A stretch of DNA of 64,000 nt from Candidatus Omnitrophota bacterium (lineage in GTDB: Bacteria; Omnitrophota; Gorgyraeia; Aquiviventales; JACQRC01), in NCBI GenBank assembly GCA_016206665.1, contig JACQRC010000100.1, positions 33 to 64,032 of the forward strand. Reading direction: 5' to 3'. The position numbers and the translations under genes were made by a program. Below the pieces are notes generated by a model, which saw only the letters and a list, made by a program, of their open reading frames with translations, was not told the DNA's origin and made no database searches. Below are positions 8,401-15,800 of the stretch, one piece after another. Every line of letters starts with the position of its first letter. The stretch's first letter is position 1.

Positions 8401-8751
8401 CAGAAGATCAACGCCTACGCGGAGGCCCTGCTGCGCGCCCGTCTCCAGCTGCCCGGCGACACGACATTAGCCGAGATGAGCCGCGACCTCGACGTGGCCC
8501 GTCAGGCGATGGCGGCAGGCGAGTTTGAGACGGCGCTGCAGCGCTACCATCAGATTCTGGCCAAGCACACCGCGCTCCGGTTGCATGCGCGCACCCTCAT
8601 TGACCAGCACATGGCCCAGGAGGCGGCAGCGCACCAGGCGTTGCGGCAAGCCCGGCAGAGTTTGCGCGCCGGATATCTCGAAGAGGCGGCCGCCCAATTT
8701 CAGCAGGCGAAAGCCCAGGCGCAGGGGTTGAGGCAGGCCCCATTACAATGA
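5416..8751 (+). CDS. Very large predicted outer-membrane beta-barrel protein with N-terminal Ig-like segment and C-terminal helical tail
   Basis: ORF track 1111 aa. Signal-like N-terminus GIVGIWCAALLTAPAPSWA. About 850 aa of Y/T/S/Q/G/N/R-rich alternating-strand sequence ending in an OMP-type terminal strand (VRVGAGYNFTNF...HGLFVRLTGTL). Last ~150 aa are Ala/Gln/Arg/Leu-rich and helical. Confidence 0.6.
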   Translation: MLTRPGWGIVGIWCAALLTAPAPSWAEGFPQLNMSQPGPQQTIPVSGNLIRVEGYVPPRHELRINDRTAPVSRERKFSTELILPQGEHAIDVEVVDPAGQVYRETKPVTVNDHYLFFVSLSEAELGHLAAKGQVGSLTNEDRQRMEREIYFDGRVAYYLKAKVKGKYLVTSSYDIDRERKELFRNLEPEDFYPIYGDNSTINYDAANTQDRLYLLVESGKSSFLWGNYGTGLTGTEFARYNRTLSGGKLHYESVATSQRGDPNTLLILFSAAARQLAAHDDLRGTGGSLYYLKNKDVIQGSEKLSLEIRDETTGTTISRQPLAVGADYEIDYDQGRLLMTRPVPSVSQGTDFSIISTNILNGNPVVLVAEYEYKPSATMKDETFGSRVARQFGPVRLGGTLLRETQQSADYELRGLDAAIDLPAQTRVSGEYALSQVSSARQNFSSDGGITFTSITQPGAGTKGEAYKIEATAQPFKGTTMTGFHRQVDQDFSNTGSAFEAGTIKTGGSVTQRLGPNTTVSASHVLQRLVKDGNQQSSQNVGSQRERTTSVQATHQVGKLGLTGEYRHLDKNQPLNAATKQQQDLAAARVSYQVTPKWNVYAQDQVTLRGDNSNQGQVGTTFALADKTTVSLSQAVGNQGDATQFGLERQLDPHSSLYTHYTLTQQPSGLKQATTTFGGRTKMNDRTSLYTEQEYRTYPGTTQSANILGAGTQVNDRLYLDASVERSHTDTNVQDSTNNAVKLGLNYIDIDWIKASTSGELRFTEAPTHERQVVTKNVVELHPSKEWSLLGRYEYAPTRNTVTDTNLARFQELHLGAAYRPTRWDWLNWLGRYVRLEDKAPASQADTTGSISRTSQIYSTEAVIDLPGNFELAEKFARRDRQEQLAGIAGQTNTQTYLWVNRLTYHLTDRWNLIGEYRLLRQRQADDARQGVLLEVDRNFFNTVRVGAGYNFTNFRDDLTGANDFDAHGLFVRLTGTLTDQSLDDVQRFLQRHWEQKINAYAEALLRARLQLPGDTTLAEMSRDLDVARQAMAAGEFETALQRYHQILAKHTALRLHARTLIDQHMAQEAAAHQALRQARQSLRAGYLEEAAAQFQQAKAQAQGLRQAPLQ

Positions 8752-10019
8752 CAGCGAACGGACGGCTCATGATGATGGTGATCGCCGTGGCGGCCTCGCT
8801 GGCCCCTAACGGTACGCCGGCCTTCGCAGCCGAGAAGCAGTCGCCCACCATTCCCACCAAGGGGTACAAGTATAATCTCGAGGCGATCATCAAGCAGGCG
8901 GAGCAGGGGTTGAAGGAAGCCGAGCACCAACTCGAGGAGCAGCGGCGCGCGGCGGAGCGCGCAAAAGAAGCCGAGGCGCTCCACACCCAAGTGGATGAGG
9001 CGAATCAGTTGTTAGAGGCCGGTCAGTACGTGCAGGCCAAAGCGAGTTTTGAGCGCATCCTGGCCACGGCCAAGGATCCGGCTATGCGTCAGGCGATGCG
9101 CCCGCTGCGCGAGCGGGCCGAGGCCCTCGAGCGGCAGGCCCAGCAGGAGCAGCGAGCAGCAAGCAGCCAGCAGCAAGCAGCACGAGCGGCCGAGCAGCGA
9201 CGACAACAACAGCAGCAAGTAGCGAGCAGCAAGCAGCAAGTAGCAAAAGAAAAAGAACAACGGCGACGACAGGAACGCGAACGTCGTGCCCAGGCCCGCG
9301 CCGAACGGCAGCGTCAACGGGAGTTAGTCAAACGGCAACGAGCCGAGGAACTACAGCAGCAACGCACCCGTCGAGAGCAAACCCAAGCAGAGGCGCAAGC
9401 ACAGCGCGCGCAGCAACAGGCCGAACAAGCGGAACAGCGACGTCTTCGTGAAGCACGGCGTCGCCAGGCGGAGGACCAGGCCCGGCAAGCCCGCGCTCAG
9501 CGAGAGGCCGAGCTCGCCAAACAGCACGAGGAGCGCCGACAGGCCGAGCAACGGCATGTTCAGGAACGCGCCGAGCGGGCCCGTGCCGAGACGGCGCGGA
9601 AAGCTGAAGTCAGACGGCAGGCCGAGGAGCGCCAGGCCCAGGCCCGCGCTGAGCGGCAGCGTCAACAGGAATTAGTCAAACGGCAACGAGCCGAAACACT
9701 GCAGCAACAACGCGCCACCGAGGCCCGCCAGGCGGAACAGGCTCGGCGGGCCAGGCAGCGCCAACGGCAGCGCCCCAAACCCCAATCATCACTGAACAGC
9801 GAGCGGCAAGCAGCGAGCAGCAAGCAGACAGCAGCCAGCACCCAGCCGGCGACGCAGGTCAAGGCCCAACGCGCCGCCGCCATGGAGGCGGCCGCCAGAG
9901 GGGCCCGCCTCCGCGCGCAGGAACGCCAACGCGTGATGGAGCGGGCGATGGACCGCCTCCACCGAGCCGATCGCGCCTCGTCGGCCCGCAACACCACCGC
10001 TACCTCCCCCCAACCGTAA
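8748..10019 (+). CDS. Secreted Q/R/E/A-rich coiled-coil protein
   Basis: ORF track 423 aa. ATG 8748 overlaps the upstream stop (ATGA). Signal-like MMMVIAVAASLAPNGTPAFA. More than 300 aa of charged Gln/Arg/Glu/Ala low-complexity helix-type sequence with an internal duplication. Confidence 0.7.
   Translation: MTANGRLMMMVIAVAASLAPNGTPAFAAEKQSPTIPTKGYKYNLEAIIKQAEQGLKEAEHQLEEQRRAAERAKEAEALHTQVDEANQLLEAGQYVQAKASFERILATAKDPAMRQAMRPLRERAEALERQAQQEQRAASSQQQAARAAEQRRQQQQQVASSKQQVAKEKEQRRRQERERRAQARAERQRQRELVKRQRAEELQQQRTRREQTQAEAQAQRAQQQAEQAEQRRLREARRRQAEDQARQARAQREAELAKQHEERRQAEQRHVQERAERARAETARKAEVRRQAEERQAQARAERQRQQELVKRQRAETLQQQRATEARQAEQARRARQRQRQRPKPQSSLNSERQAASSKQTAASTQPATQVKAQRAAAMEAAARGARLRAQERQRVMERAMDRLHRADRASSARNTTATSPQP
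9148..9245 (+). repeat. Two tracts with 7-nt periodicity (AGCAGCN x5 at 9148..9182; AGCAGCA AGTAGCG AGCAGCA AGCAGCA AGTAGCA at 9211..9245)
   Basis: Read directly from the sequence. Encodes AASSQQQAA... and QQVASSKQQVAKEK. Confidence 0.8.
9291..9716 (+). repeat. Two ~78-bp direct repeats (9291..9368 and 9639..9716), 348 bp apart, inside the coiled-coil gene
   Basis: CAGGCCCGCGC(C/T)GA(A/G)CGGCAGCGTCAAC...TTAGTCAAACGGCAACGAGCCGA... occurs twice. Protein-level repeat AQARAERQRQ(R/Q)ELVKRQRAE(E/T)LQQQR. Confidence 0.85.
9797..9845 (+). repeat. Seven consecutive CAGNNAG-type heptamers (CAGCGAG CGGCAAG CAGCGAG CAGCAAG CAGACAG CAGCCAG CACCCAG)
   Basis: Read directly from the sequence. Encodes SERQAASSKQTAASTQ. 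Confidence 0.75.
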
Positions 10020-10033
10020 ATTCCACAGTCGGC

Positions 10034-10062
10034 TTGCAATGGACGGCGCCTTCCCTTATAAT
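10034..10062 (+). promoter_or_regulatory. Sigma70-like promoter candidate TTGCAA-N17-TATAAT upstream of ugd
   Basis: TTGCAA at 10034..10039, 17-nt spacer, TATAAT at 10057..10062. AGGAG at 10079..10083 precedes ATG 10089. Confidence 0.5.
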
Positions 10063-10088
10063 GTCCCCCTGTTCTCACAGGAGCGCGC

Positions 10089-11393
10089 ATGGACCTTTGT
10101 GTGATCGGGGCCGGACATGTCGGACTGGTGACCGGGGCCTGTTTCGCCGAATTAGGCCACCACGTCATCATCGTGGACAACGACGCGGCCAAGATTCGGC
10201 AGTTGAAGCGGGGTCGCCTGCCCTTCTTTGAGCCGGGGCTGGAGGAGCTGGTCCACCGGACCGTGGCGGAGCGGCGCCTGCGGTTCACCGCCACGCTGGC
10301 GGAAGGGGTGCGCGCCTCCCTCATCATCTTTATCGCCGTGGGGACGCCGCAGAAGCCCAGCGGGGAAGCCGACTTGACGCACGTTGAGCACGTCACGCGG
10401 GGGATCGCCGCTCATCTGACCGGCTACCGCCTCATCGTCGAGAAGTCCACGGTGCCCGTCGAGACGGGGCAGTGGATCCAGCACACGCTGCGGACCTACA
10501 CGCGGCGGAAGGTTCCCTTCGACGTCGCCTCCAACCCCGAATTTCTGCGGGAGGGGACCGCGATCCAAGACCTCCTGCATCCCGACCGGATCGTGCTCGG
10601 CGTCGAGACGGCGCGGGCCAAGGAGCTCCTGCTCCAGCTCTATAAACCGTTGAACGCCCCCCTCGTGGTCACCGACATCCGCTCCGCGGAATTGATCAAG
10701 CACGCCTCCAATTCCTTCCTCGCCACCAAGATCTCCTTCATCAACGCGATTGCGCGCCTCTGCGAGCTGGTCGGCGCCGACGTGGTGAAGGTGGCCGAGG
10801 GGATGGGCCTCGATCCGCGGATCGGCCCGGCGTTTCTTTCGGCCGGCCTGGGCTTCGGGGGCTTCTGCCTGCCCAAGGACATCGATGCCTTTGTCCATCT
10901 GGCCGACAAGGTGGGCTACGACTTCGCCCTGCTGAAGGCGGTCAAGCAGATCAATGACGAGGCGCGCGAGCACTTCGTCCGCAAGATCGAGCAGGCCCTC
11001 TGGGTGGTCAAGGACAAGACGATCGCCATCCTGGGGCTGTCCTTCAAACCGGATACCGACGACATGCGCTATGCCCCCGCGCTCGACGTTATCCGTGCAC
11101 TGCAGCATGACGGGGCACGCATCCGGGCCTTCGACCCGCAGGCCATGGCCCACGCCGACGGCCTGCTGCCGAAGGTGACGATGTGCCGCGACCCCTACGA
11201 CGCCGCCAAAGGGGCCGACTGCCTCGCCATCGTGACGGATTGGAACGAGTTCAAGGAGCTGGATTTCAAGCGGTTGAAGCGGTTGCTGCGGCAACCGCTC
11301 ATTGTCGACGGCCGCAACGTCTACGACGCGGCCGTCCTGCGTCGCCTGGGCTTCCGCTATATCAGCGTCGGCCGCCGCGACGTCAGCGCCTGA
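10089..11393 (+). CDS. ugd: UDP-glucose 6-dehydrogenase
   Basis: 434 aa. N-terminal MDLCVIGAGHVGLVTGACFAELGHHV Rossmann motif. Central GFGGFCLPKD catalytic-Cys motif. Typical UDP-glucose/GDP-mannose dehydrogenase family layout. Confidence 0.9.
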   Translation: MDLCVIGAGHVGLVTGACFAELGHHVIIVDNDAAKIRQLKRGRLPFFEPGLEELVHRTVAERRLRFTATLAEGVRASLIIFIAVGTPQKPSGEADLTHVEHVTRGIAAHLTGYRLIVEKSTVPVETGQWIQHTLRTYTRRKVPFDVASNPEFLREGTAIQDLLHPDRIVLGVETARAKELLLQLYKPLNAPLVVTDIRSAELIKHASNSFLATKISFINAIARLCELVGADVVKVAEGMGLDPRIGPAFLSAGLGFGGFCLPKDIDAFVHLADKVGYDFALLKAVKQINDEAREHFVRKIEQALWVVKDKTIAILGLSFKPDTDDMRYAPALDVIRALQHDGARIRAFDPQAMAHADGLLPKVTMCRDPYDAAKGADCLAIVTDWNEFKELDFKRLKRLLRQPLIVDGRNVYDAAVLRRLGFRYISVGRRDVSA

Positions 11394-11403
11394 CGGAACG
11401 TTC

Positions 11404-12720
11404 ATGGCCTCCACCTCCCTCACCCTCCTCCAACGCCGCCTGATGAGCCACCACGCCACGATTGGCATCGTCGGCTTGGGCTATGTGGGCCTACCGCTGG
11501 CGGTCGGCTTCGCGCGCGCCGGCTTTTCCGTCATCGGCATCGATGTGGATGCCAAGCGTGTGGCCGCGGTCAATCGGGGCGACTCCTACATCCTCGACAT
11601 TGCCGGAGCCGATCTGCGCCCGCTCGTGCGCGCAGGCTCGCTGCGCGCCACCGCCGAGGAGCGCGCGTTGGACCGCTGCGACGTGGTCATCATCTGCGTG
11701 CCCACGCCGTTGCGCAAGACCCGCGAGCCGGACATCTCCTTCATCGTCGACGCCGCCGACCGGATCGCGCGCCATCTGCACCGCGGAGAGCTGATCATCC
11801 TGGAGAGCACCACCTATCCCGGTACCACGGAGGAGTTGATTCTGCCCCGCCTGGACGGGCGCCGGTTCAAGGTGGGGCGGGACTTCTTCCTCGCCTTTTC
11901 GCCGGAGCGGGTGGACCCGGGCAACCGGCAGTTCACGACGACGAACATCCCGAAGGTGGTGGGGGGGCAGACGCCGCGCTGTTCGGCGCTCGCGAAGCGG
12001 CTCTATGAGCAGATCGTGCCGCGCGTCGTGACGGTGTCGTCGACCCGCGCCGCCGAGATGGTGAAGCTGCTCGAGAACACCTTCCGCAGCGTCAACATCG
12101 GCCTCGTCAACGAAATGGCCCTCATGTGCCACCGGTTGAATCTCAATGTCTGGGAGATTATCGACGCGGCCAAGACGAAGCCCTTCGGCTTCATGCCCTT
12201 CTACCCGGGGCCGGGGCTGGGCGGCCACTGCCTGCCGATCGATCCGATCTATCTATCGTGGAAGGCGCGGATGCACGGCTTCGAGGCGCGCTTCATCGAG
12301 CTGGCCGCGCAGGTCAACGAGTACATGCCGCACTACGTCGTGGAGCGGCTGGGCGCGGCGCTCAATGAGGCCGGCCAGGCCCTCAAGGGCTCGCGCGTGC
12401 TGTTGGTGGGCATGGCCTACAAGAAGAATGTGAACGATATCCGCGAATCGCCCGCGCTGGAGATTGCCAGACTGTTAGGCGAGCGGGGGGCGAGGGTGGC
12501 CTACCATGATCCGCATGTGCCGGGCCTGCGGCTCGACGCCGTCTCGCTGCGATCGCAACCGCTGACGCCGGCCCTGCTGAAGCGGCAGCAGGCCGTCGTC
12601 ATCGTGACCGATCATGACCGCGTCAACTATGCGCGCCTGTTGCAGCATGCCCGGCTGGTGCTCGACACGCGCAACCGTCTCCACGGCGTCCGGGGACGCG
12701 CCAAGGTGGTGACCCTATGA
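11404..12720 (+). CDS. Nucleotide-sugar dehydrogenase, UDP-N-acetyl-hexosamine 6-dehydrogenase-like (WbpO/TviB/WecC type)
   Basis: ORF track starts at 11302, but ATG 11404 lies after the ugd stop and gives ...IGIVGLGYVGLPLAVGFARAGFSVIGIDVD. GLGGHCLPIDP catalytic-Cys motif. Confidence 0.8.
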   Translation: MASTSLTLLQRRLMSHHATIGIVGLGYVGLPLAVGFARAGFSVIGIDVDAKRVAAVNRGDSYILDIAGADLRPLVRAGSLRATAEERALDRCDVVIICVPTPLRKTREPDISFIVDAADRIARHLHRGELIILESTTYPGTTEELILPRLDGRRFKVGRDFFLAFSPERVDPGNRQFTTTNIPKVVGGQTPRCSALAKRLYEQIVPRVVTVSSTRAAEMVKLLENTFRSVNIGLVNEMALMCHRLNLNVWEIIDAAKTKPFGFMPFYPGPGLGGHCLPIDPIYLSWKARMHGFEARFIELAAQVNEYMPHYVVERLGAALNEAGQALKGSRVLLVGMAYKKNVNDIRESPALEIARLLGERGARVAYHDPHVPGLRLDAVSLRSQPLTPALLKRQQAVVIVTDHDRVNYARLLQHARLVLDTRNRLHGVRGRAKVVTL

Positions 12721-13655
12721 GCCTCTACCTGGTGACCGGCGGGGCCGGCTTCATCGGTTCGCACGTCGTCGACCGCCTCGTGGCCGACGGCGAGCAGGTC
12801 CGCGTCTTGGATGACCTCTCGACGGGCACACTGGGCAACTTGGCCGGCGTGCGCGGCCGGATCGAGTTTGTGCAGGCCGACATCCGCGACCGCGCGGCGG
12901 TGGCTGCGGCGGTTCGCGGCGTGGACTACGTGATTCACGAGGCGGCGTGGCGCAGCGTGCCCAAGTCGATGAGCGATCCCTGGGGCTACACCGAGGTCAA
13001 CGTGTTAGGGACGGTCAATCTCTTGGAGGCGGCGGCCAAAGCCAAGGTGAAGCAGGTGGCCAGCGTCTCCTCCAGCTCGGTCTACGGGGAGACGACCGTC
13101 ATGCCCCTCCGGGAGGATCTGCCGGCCAGTCCGATCTCGCCGTACGCGGCCTCGAAGTTGGCGGCGGAATTGATGTGCGGGTTGTTCAGCCGGGGCTTTG
13201 GCCTGCCGGCGGTGTCGGTCCGGTACTTCAATGTCTTCGGCCCGCGGCAGAGCCTCGACAACGAATATGCCGTCGTGGTGCCCAAGTTCATCGTCTGTCT
13301 GCTGCGCGGCGAATCCCCGCCGGTCTACGGCGACGGCCAACAGTCCCGGGACTTCACCTACATCGACAACGTCGTGGAGGCGACCATCCTCGCGGCCCGG
13401 ACGCCGGGCATCGGCGGGGAGGTGCTCAACGTGGCCCTCGGTGAAGAGCATTCGGTGCTGGACCTGCTCCGGGAACTGAACGCCATCCTGGGCCTGTCCA
13501 TCCCTCCGTCCCTGCAGCCGCCGCGTCCCGGCGATGTGCGCCGCACGCTCGCCGATCCCGCCAAGGCGCAGCGTCTGCTGCGGTGGCGCGGCCGCGTCGC
13601 CTTCGCGGAAGGCCTGCGCCGCACCGCCGCGTGGTTCCAAACCCATTCCGTCTGA
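12717..13655 (+). CDS. NAD-dependent nucleotide-sugar epimerase (WbpP/TviC-like SDR)
   Basis: 312 aa. ATGA overlap with the upstream gene. [12 protein letters not shown] glycine motif. YAASKLAAE (YxxxK). Sits next to the HexNAc dehydrogenase-like gene, as in WbpO/WbpP and TviB/TviC pairs. Confidence 0.7.
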   Translation: MSLYLVTGGAGFIGSHVVDRLVADGEQVRVLDDLSTGTLGNLAGVRGRIEFVQADIRDRAAVAAAVRGVDYVIHEAAWRSVPKSMSDPWGYTEVNVLGTVNLLEAAAKAKVKQVASVSSSSVYGETTVMPLREDLPASPISPYAASKLAAELMCGLFSRGFGLPAVSVRYFNVFGPRQSLDNEYAVVVPKFIVCLLRGESPPVYGDGQQSRDFTYIDNVVEATILAARTPGIGGEVLNVALGEEHSVLDLLRELNAILGLSIPPSLQPPRPGDVRRTLADPAKAQRLLRWRGRVAFAEGLRRTAAWFQTHSV

Positions 13656-13664
13656 CGGCCGCCC

Positions 13665-14792
13665 ATGAGCGTACCCTTCTTCGACCTCCGCCGGCAGTAC
13701 CGCGTGCTGCGCCCGGCGATGGACGCAGCCCTGCGACGCGTCTGTGCCAGCGGCGCCTTCATCCTGGGCCCGGAGGGGCGGGCGCTGGAGTCTGAATTGG
13801 CGCGCCTCTGCTGGGTGCCGCACGCCGTGGGGACGGCTTCAGGCACGGACGCCCTTGAGCTGGCGTTGCAGGCGCTTGGCCTCGGGCCGGGCGATGAGGT
13901 CATCACGACTCCGCTGACCTTCATTGCGACCGCCCAGGCCATTTCGCATACGGGGGCACGGCCCGTCTTCGCCGATGTCGATCCTGTCACCGCGACCCTC
14001 GACCCCGCGCGAGTGGCGCGTGCGATGACGCGTCGCACACGGGCGATCCTGCCCGTCCATCTCTACGGCCAACCCTGTGACATGGCCCCGCTGTTGCGGT
14101 TGGCGAAGCGGCGGGGCTTGCACGTCGTCGAAGATTGTGCCCAGGCCATTGGGGCGACCTTTCAGGGGCGGCCGGTCGGTTCCTTCGGCGACGCGGGGGC
14201 CTTCAGCTTTTATCCGACGAAGAATCTGGGGGCGTACGGCGATGCCGGTGCGGTCGTGACACGCTCCCGGGGGCTTGCCGCGCGGCTGCGGATGCTGCGC
14301 CAGCATGGCAGCGCCGATCGGGTCCGCTATCCCATGCTCGGCCGGAACTCGCGCCTCGATGAGCTCCAGGCGGCGGTGCTGCGGGTCAAGCTGCGGCATC
14401 TGCGGGCGTGGAACGTGGCGCGTCGCCGGCATGCCGCCACCTATCGCCGGCTCTTCAGACGCGCGGGGATCGCGGGAGCAGTGGGGCTGCCCGCCGAGCG
14501 GGCCGGCAGGCAGCACGTCTACCATCACTTCGTGATTCGGGTGCGGCGACGGGATGCGCTGCAGCGATACCTGGAGGGGCGGGGGATCGGTTGCGGCATC
14601 TACTATGCGCCGCCGCTCCATCTTCAGCCGCTCTATCGGGTGCTGGGCTACCGGCGCGGCGAGTTCCCCGTTGCGGAACGATTCAGTCAGGAGATCCTCT
14701 CTCTGCCGATGTACCCTGAATTGACCGCGAGCCAGCTGAGCCGGGTGGTGGATGCGGTTCGTGCCTTCATGCAGCGGAGAAGTACCAGTTGA
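13665..14792 (+). CDS. DegT/DnrJ/EryC1/StrS-family PLP-dependent sugar aminotransferase
   Basis: 375 aa. Family-typical N-terminus VPFFDLRRQY...ILGPEGRALESELA, TASGTDALELAL, and FSFYPTKNLGAYGDAG with Lys. Confidence 0.85.
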   Translation: MSVPFFDLRRQYRVLRPAMDAALRRVCASGAFILGPEGRALESELARLCWVPHAVGTASGTDALELALQALGLGPGDEVITTPLTFIATAQAISHTGARPVFADVDPVTATLDPARVARAMTRRTRAILPVHLYGQPCDMAPLLRLAKRRGLHVVEDCAQAIGATFQGRPVGSFGDAGAFSFYPTKNLGAYGDAGAVVTRSRGLAARLRMLRQHGSADRVRYPMLGRNSRLDELQAAVLRVKLRHLRAWNVARRRHAATYRRLFRRAGIAGAVGLPAERAGRQHVYHHFVIRVRRRDALQRYLEGRGIGCGIYYAPPLHLQPLYRVLGYRRGEFPVAERFSQEILSLPMYPELTASQLSRVVDAVRAFMQRRSTS

Positions 14793-14818
14793 CGGTGTGG
14801 GCAGGGGTTATGTACAAT
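14789..14818 (+). promoter_or_regulatory. Sigma70-like promoter candidate TTGACG-N18-TACAAT
   Basis: TTGACG at 14789..14794 (contains the stop TGA of the upstream gene) and TACAAT at 14813..14818. Lies in a 66-bp AT-richer gap. RBS AAGGAG at 14838..14843. Confidence 0.45.
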
Positions 14819-14849
14819 AGGACGTTCCAAATTTTTTAAGGAGCCATTC

Positions 14850-14864
14850 GTTCAACAAATGAAC
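14850..14864. promoter_or_regulatory. Palindromic operator-like site GTTCA-ACAAA-TGAAC overlapping the uxs start codon
   Basis: Read directly. Same GTTCA-N5-TGAAC architecture as the sites at 42286..42300 and 42321..42335. ATG 14859 is embedded in the site. Confidence 0.5.
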
Positions 14865-15800
14865 ATGCGGGTGCTCATCACAGGGGGCGCAGGATTCATC
14901 GGCTCCCACCTGTGCGAACGATTCCTCGCCGAAGGCCACACCGTGCTGTGCCTGGATAACTTCCTGACCGGCTCTGATGCCAATATCGCCCACCTGAAGG
15001 GCCAGCCGCGCTTTCAGCTCATCTTGCATAACATCGCCCAGCCCCTCGAGGTCGGCGGGAGCCTGGCCTACGTGCTCCACTTCGCCTCACCCGCCAGTCC
15101 CGTTGATTACCTGAAATTCCCTATTCAAACGTTGAAGGTCGGCTCCCTCGGCACGCTGAATGCCTTGGGCATTGCCAAGGCGAAGCGGGCCAAATTTTTG
15201 CTCGCCTCCACCTCGGAAGTGTATGGCGACCCCCAAGTCCATCCTCAGCCGGAGAGTTATTGGGGGCACGTCAACCCGGTCGGACCGCGCGGCGTCTATG
15301 ACGAGGCCAAGCGCTTCGCCGAGGCGTTGACGATGGCGTATCACCGCGAGCACGGCCTCGATACGCGGATCGCGCGCATCTTCAACACCTACGGACCGCG
15401 GATGCGCTTGAATGATGGTCGGGCCGTTCCCACCTTCATTGCCCAGGCGCTGCGCGGCGAGCCGCTCACCGTCTTTGGGGACGGCCGGCAGACCCGCAGC
15501 TTCTGCTACATCGACGACCTCGTTGAGGGCCTCCGGCGCGTGATGGATGCCGCCGTCCATGAGCCGATCAACGTCGGCAATCCCGACGAGCGGTCGATTC
15601 TGGAGATCGCCCAGCAGGTGCTGGCTTCCTGCAACGGCACGCAGAGCCGCGTGGAGTTCCGCCCGTTGCCGGAGGATGATCCCAAGCAGCGCCGGCCCGA
15701 TATCTCGAAGATCACCCGCCTGACGGGCTGGCAGCCGCGGGTCAGCCTCGATGAGGGATTGCCGGCGACGGTCGCCTGGTTCCGAGAGCATTGGAACTGA
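14859..15800 (+). CDS. uxs: UDP-glucuronate decarboxylase (UDP-xylose synthase)
   Basis: 313 aa. [64 protein letters not shown]...[12 protein letters not shown] is the characteristic UXS block. Confidence 0.88.
   Translation: MNMRVLITGGAGFIGSHLCERFLAEGHTVLCLDNFLTGSDANIAHLKGQPRFQLILHNIAQPLEVGGSLAYVLHFASPASPVDYLKFPIQTLKVGSLGTLNALGIAKAKRAKFLLASTSEVYGDPQVHPQPESYWGHVNPVGPRGVYDEAKRFAEALTMAYHREHGLDTRIARIFNTYGPRMRLNDGRAVPTFIAQALRGEPLTVFGDGRQTRSFCYIDDLVEGLRRVMDAAVHEPINVGNPDERSILEIAQQVLASCNGTQSRVEFRPLPEDDPKQRRPDISKITRLTGWQPRVSLDEGLPATVAWFREHWN

Noticed and set aside
10020-10088. A GTTCA-N5-TGAAC site upstream of ugd or of the barrel gene (5338..5415)
   Set aside because: Neither gap contains the motif. 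GTTCTCACAGGAGCG at 10071 matches only part of one half-site. The proposed regulon is therefore limited to the two sites actually seen.
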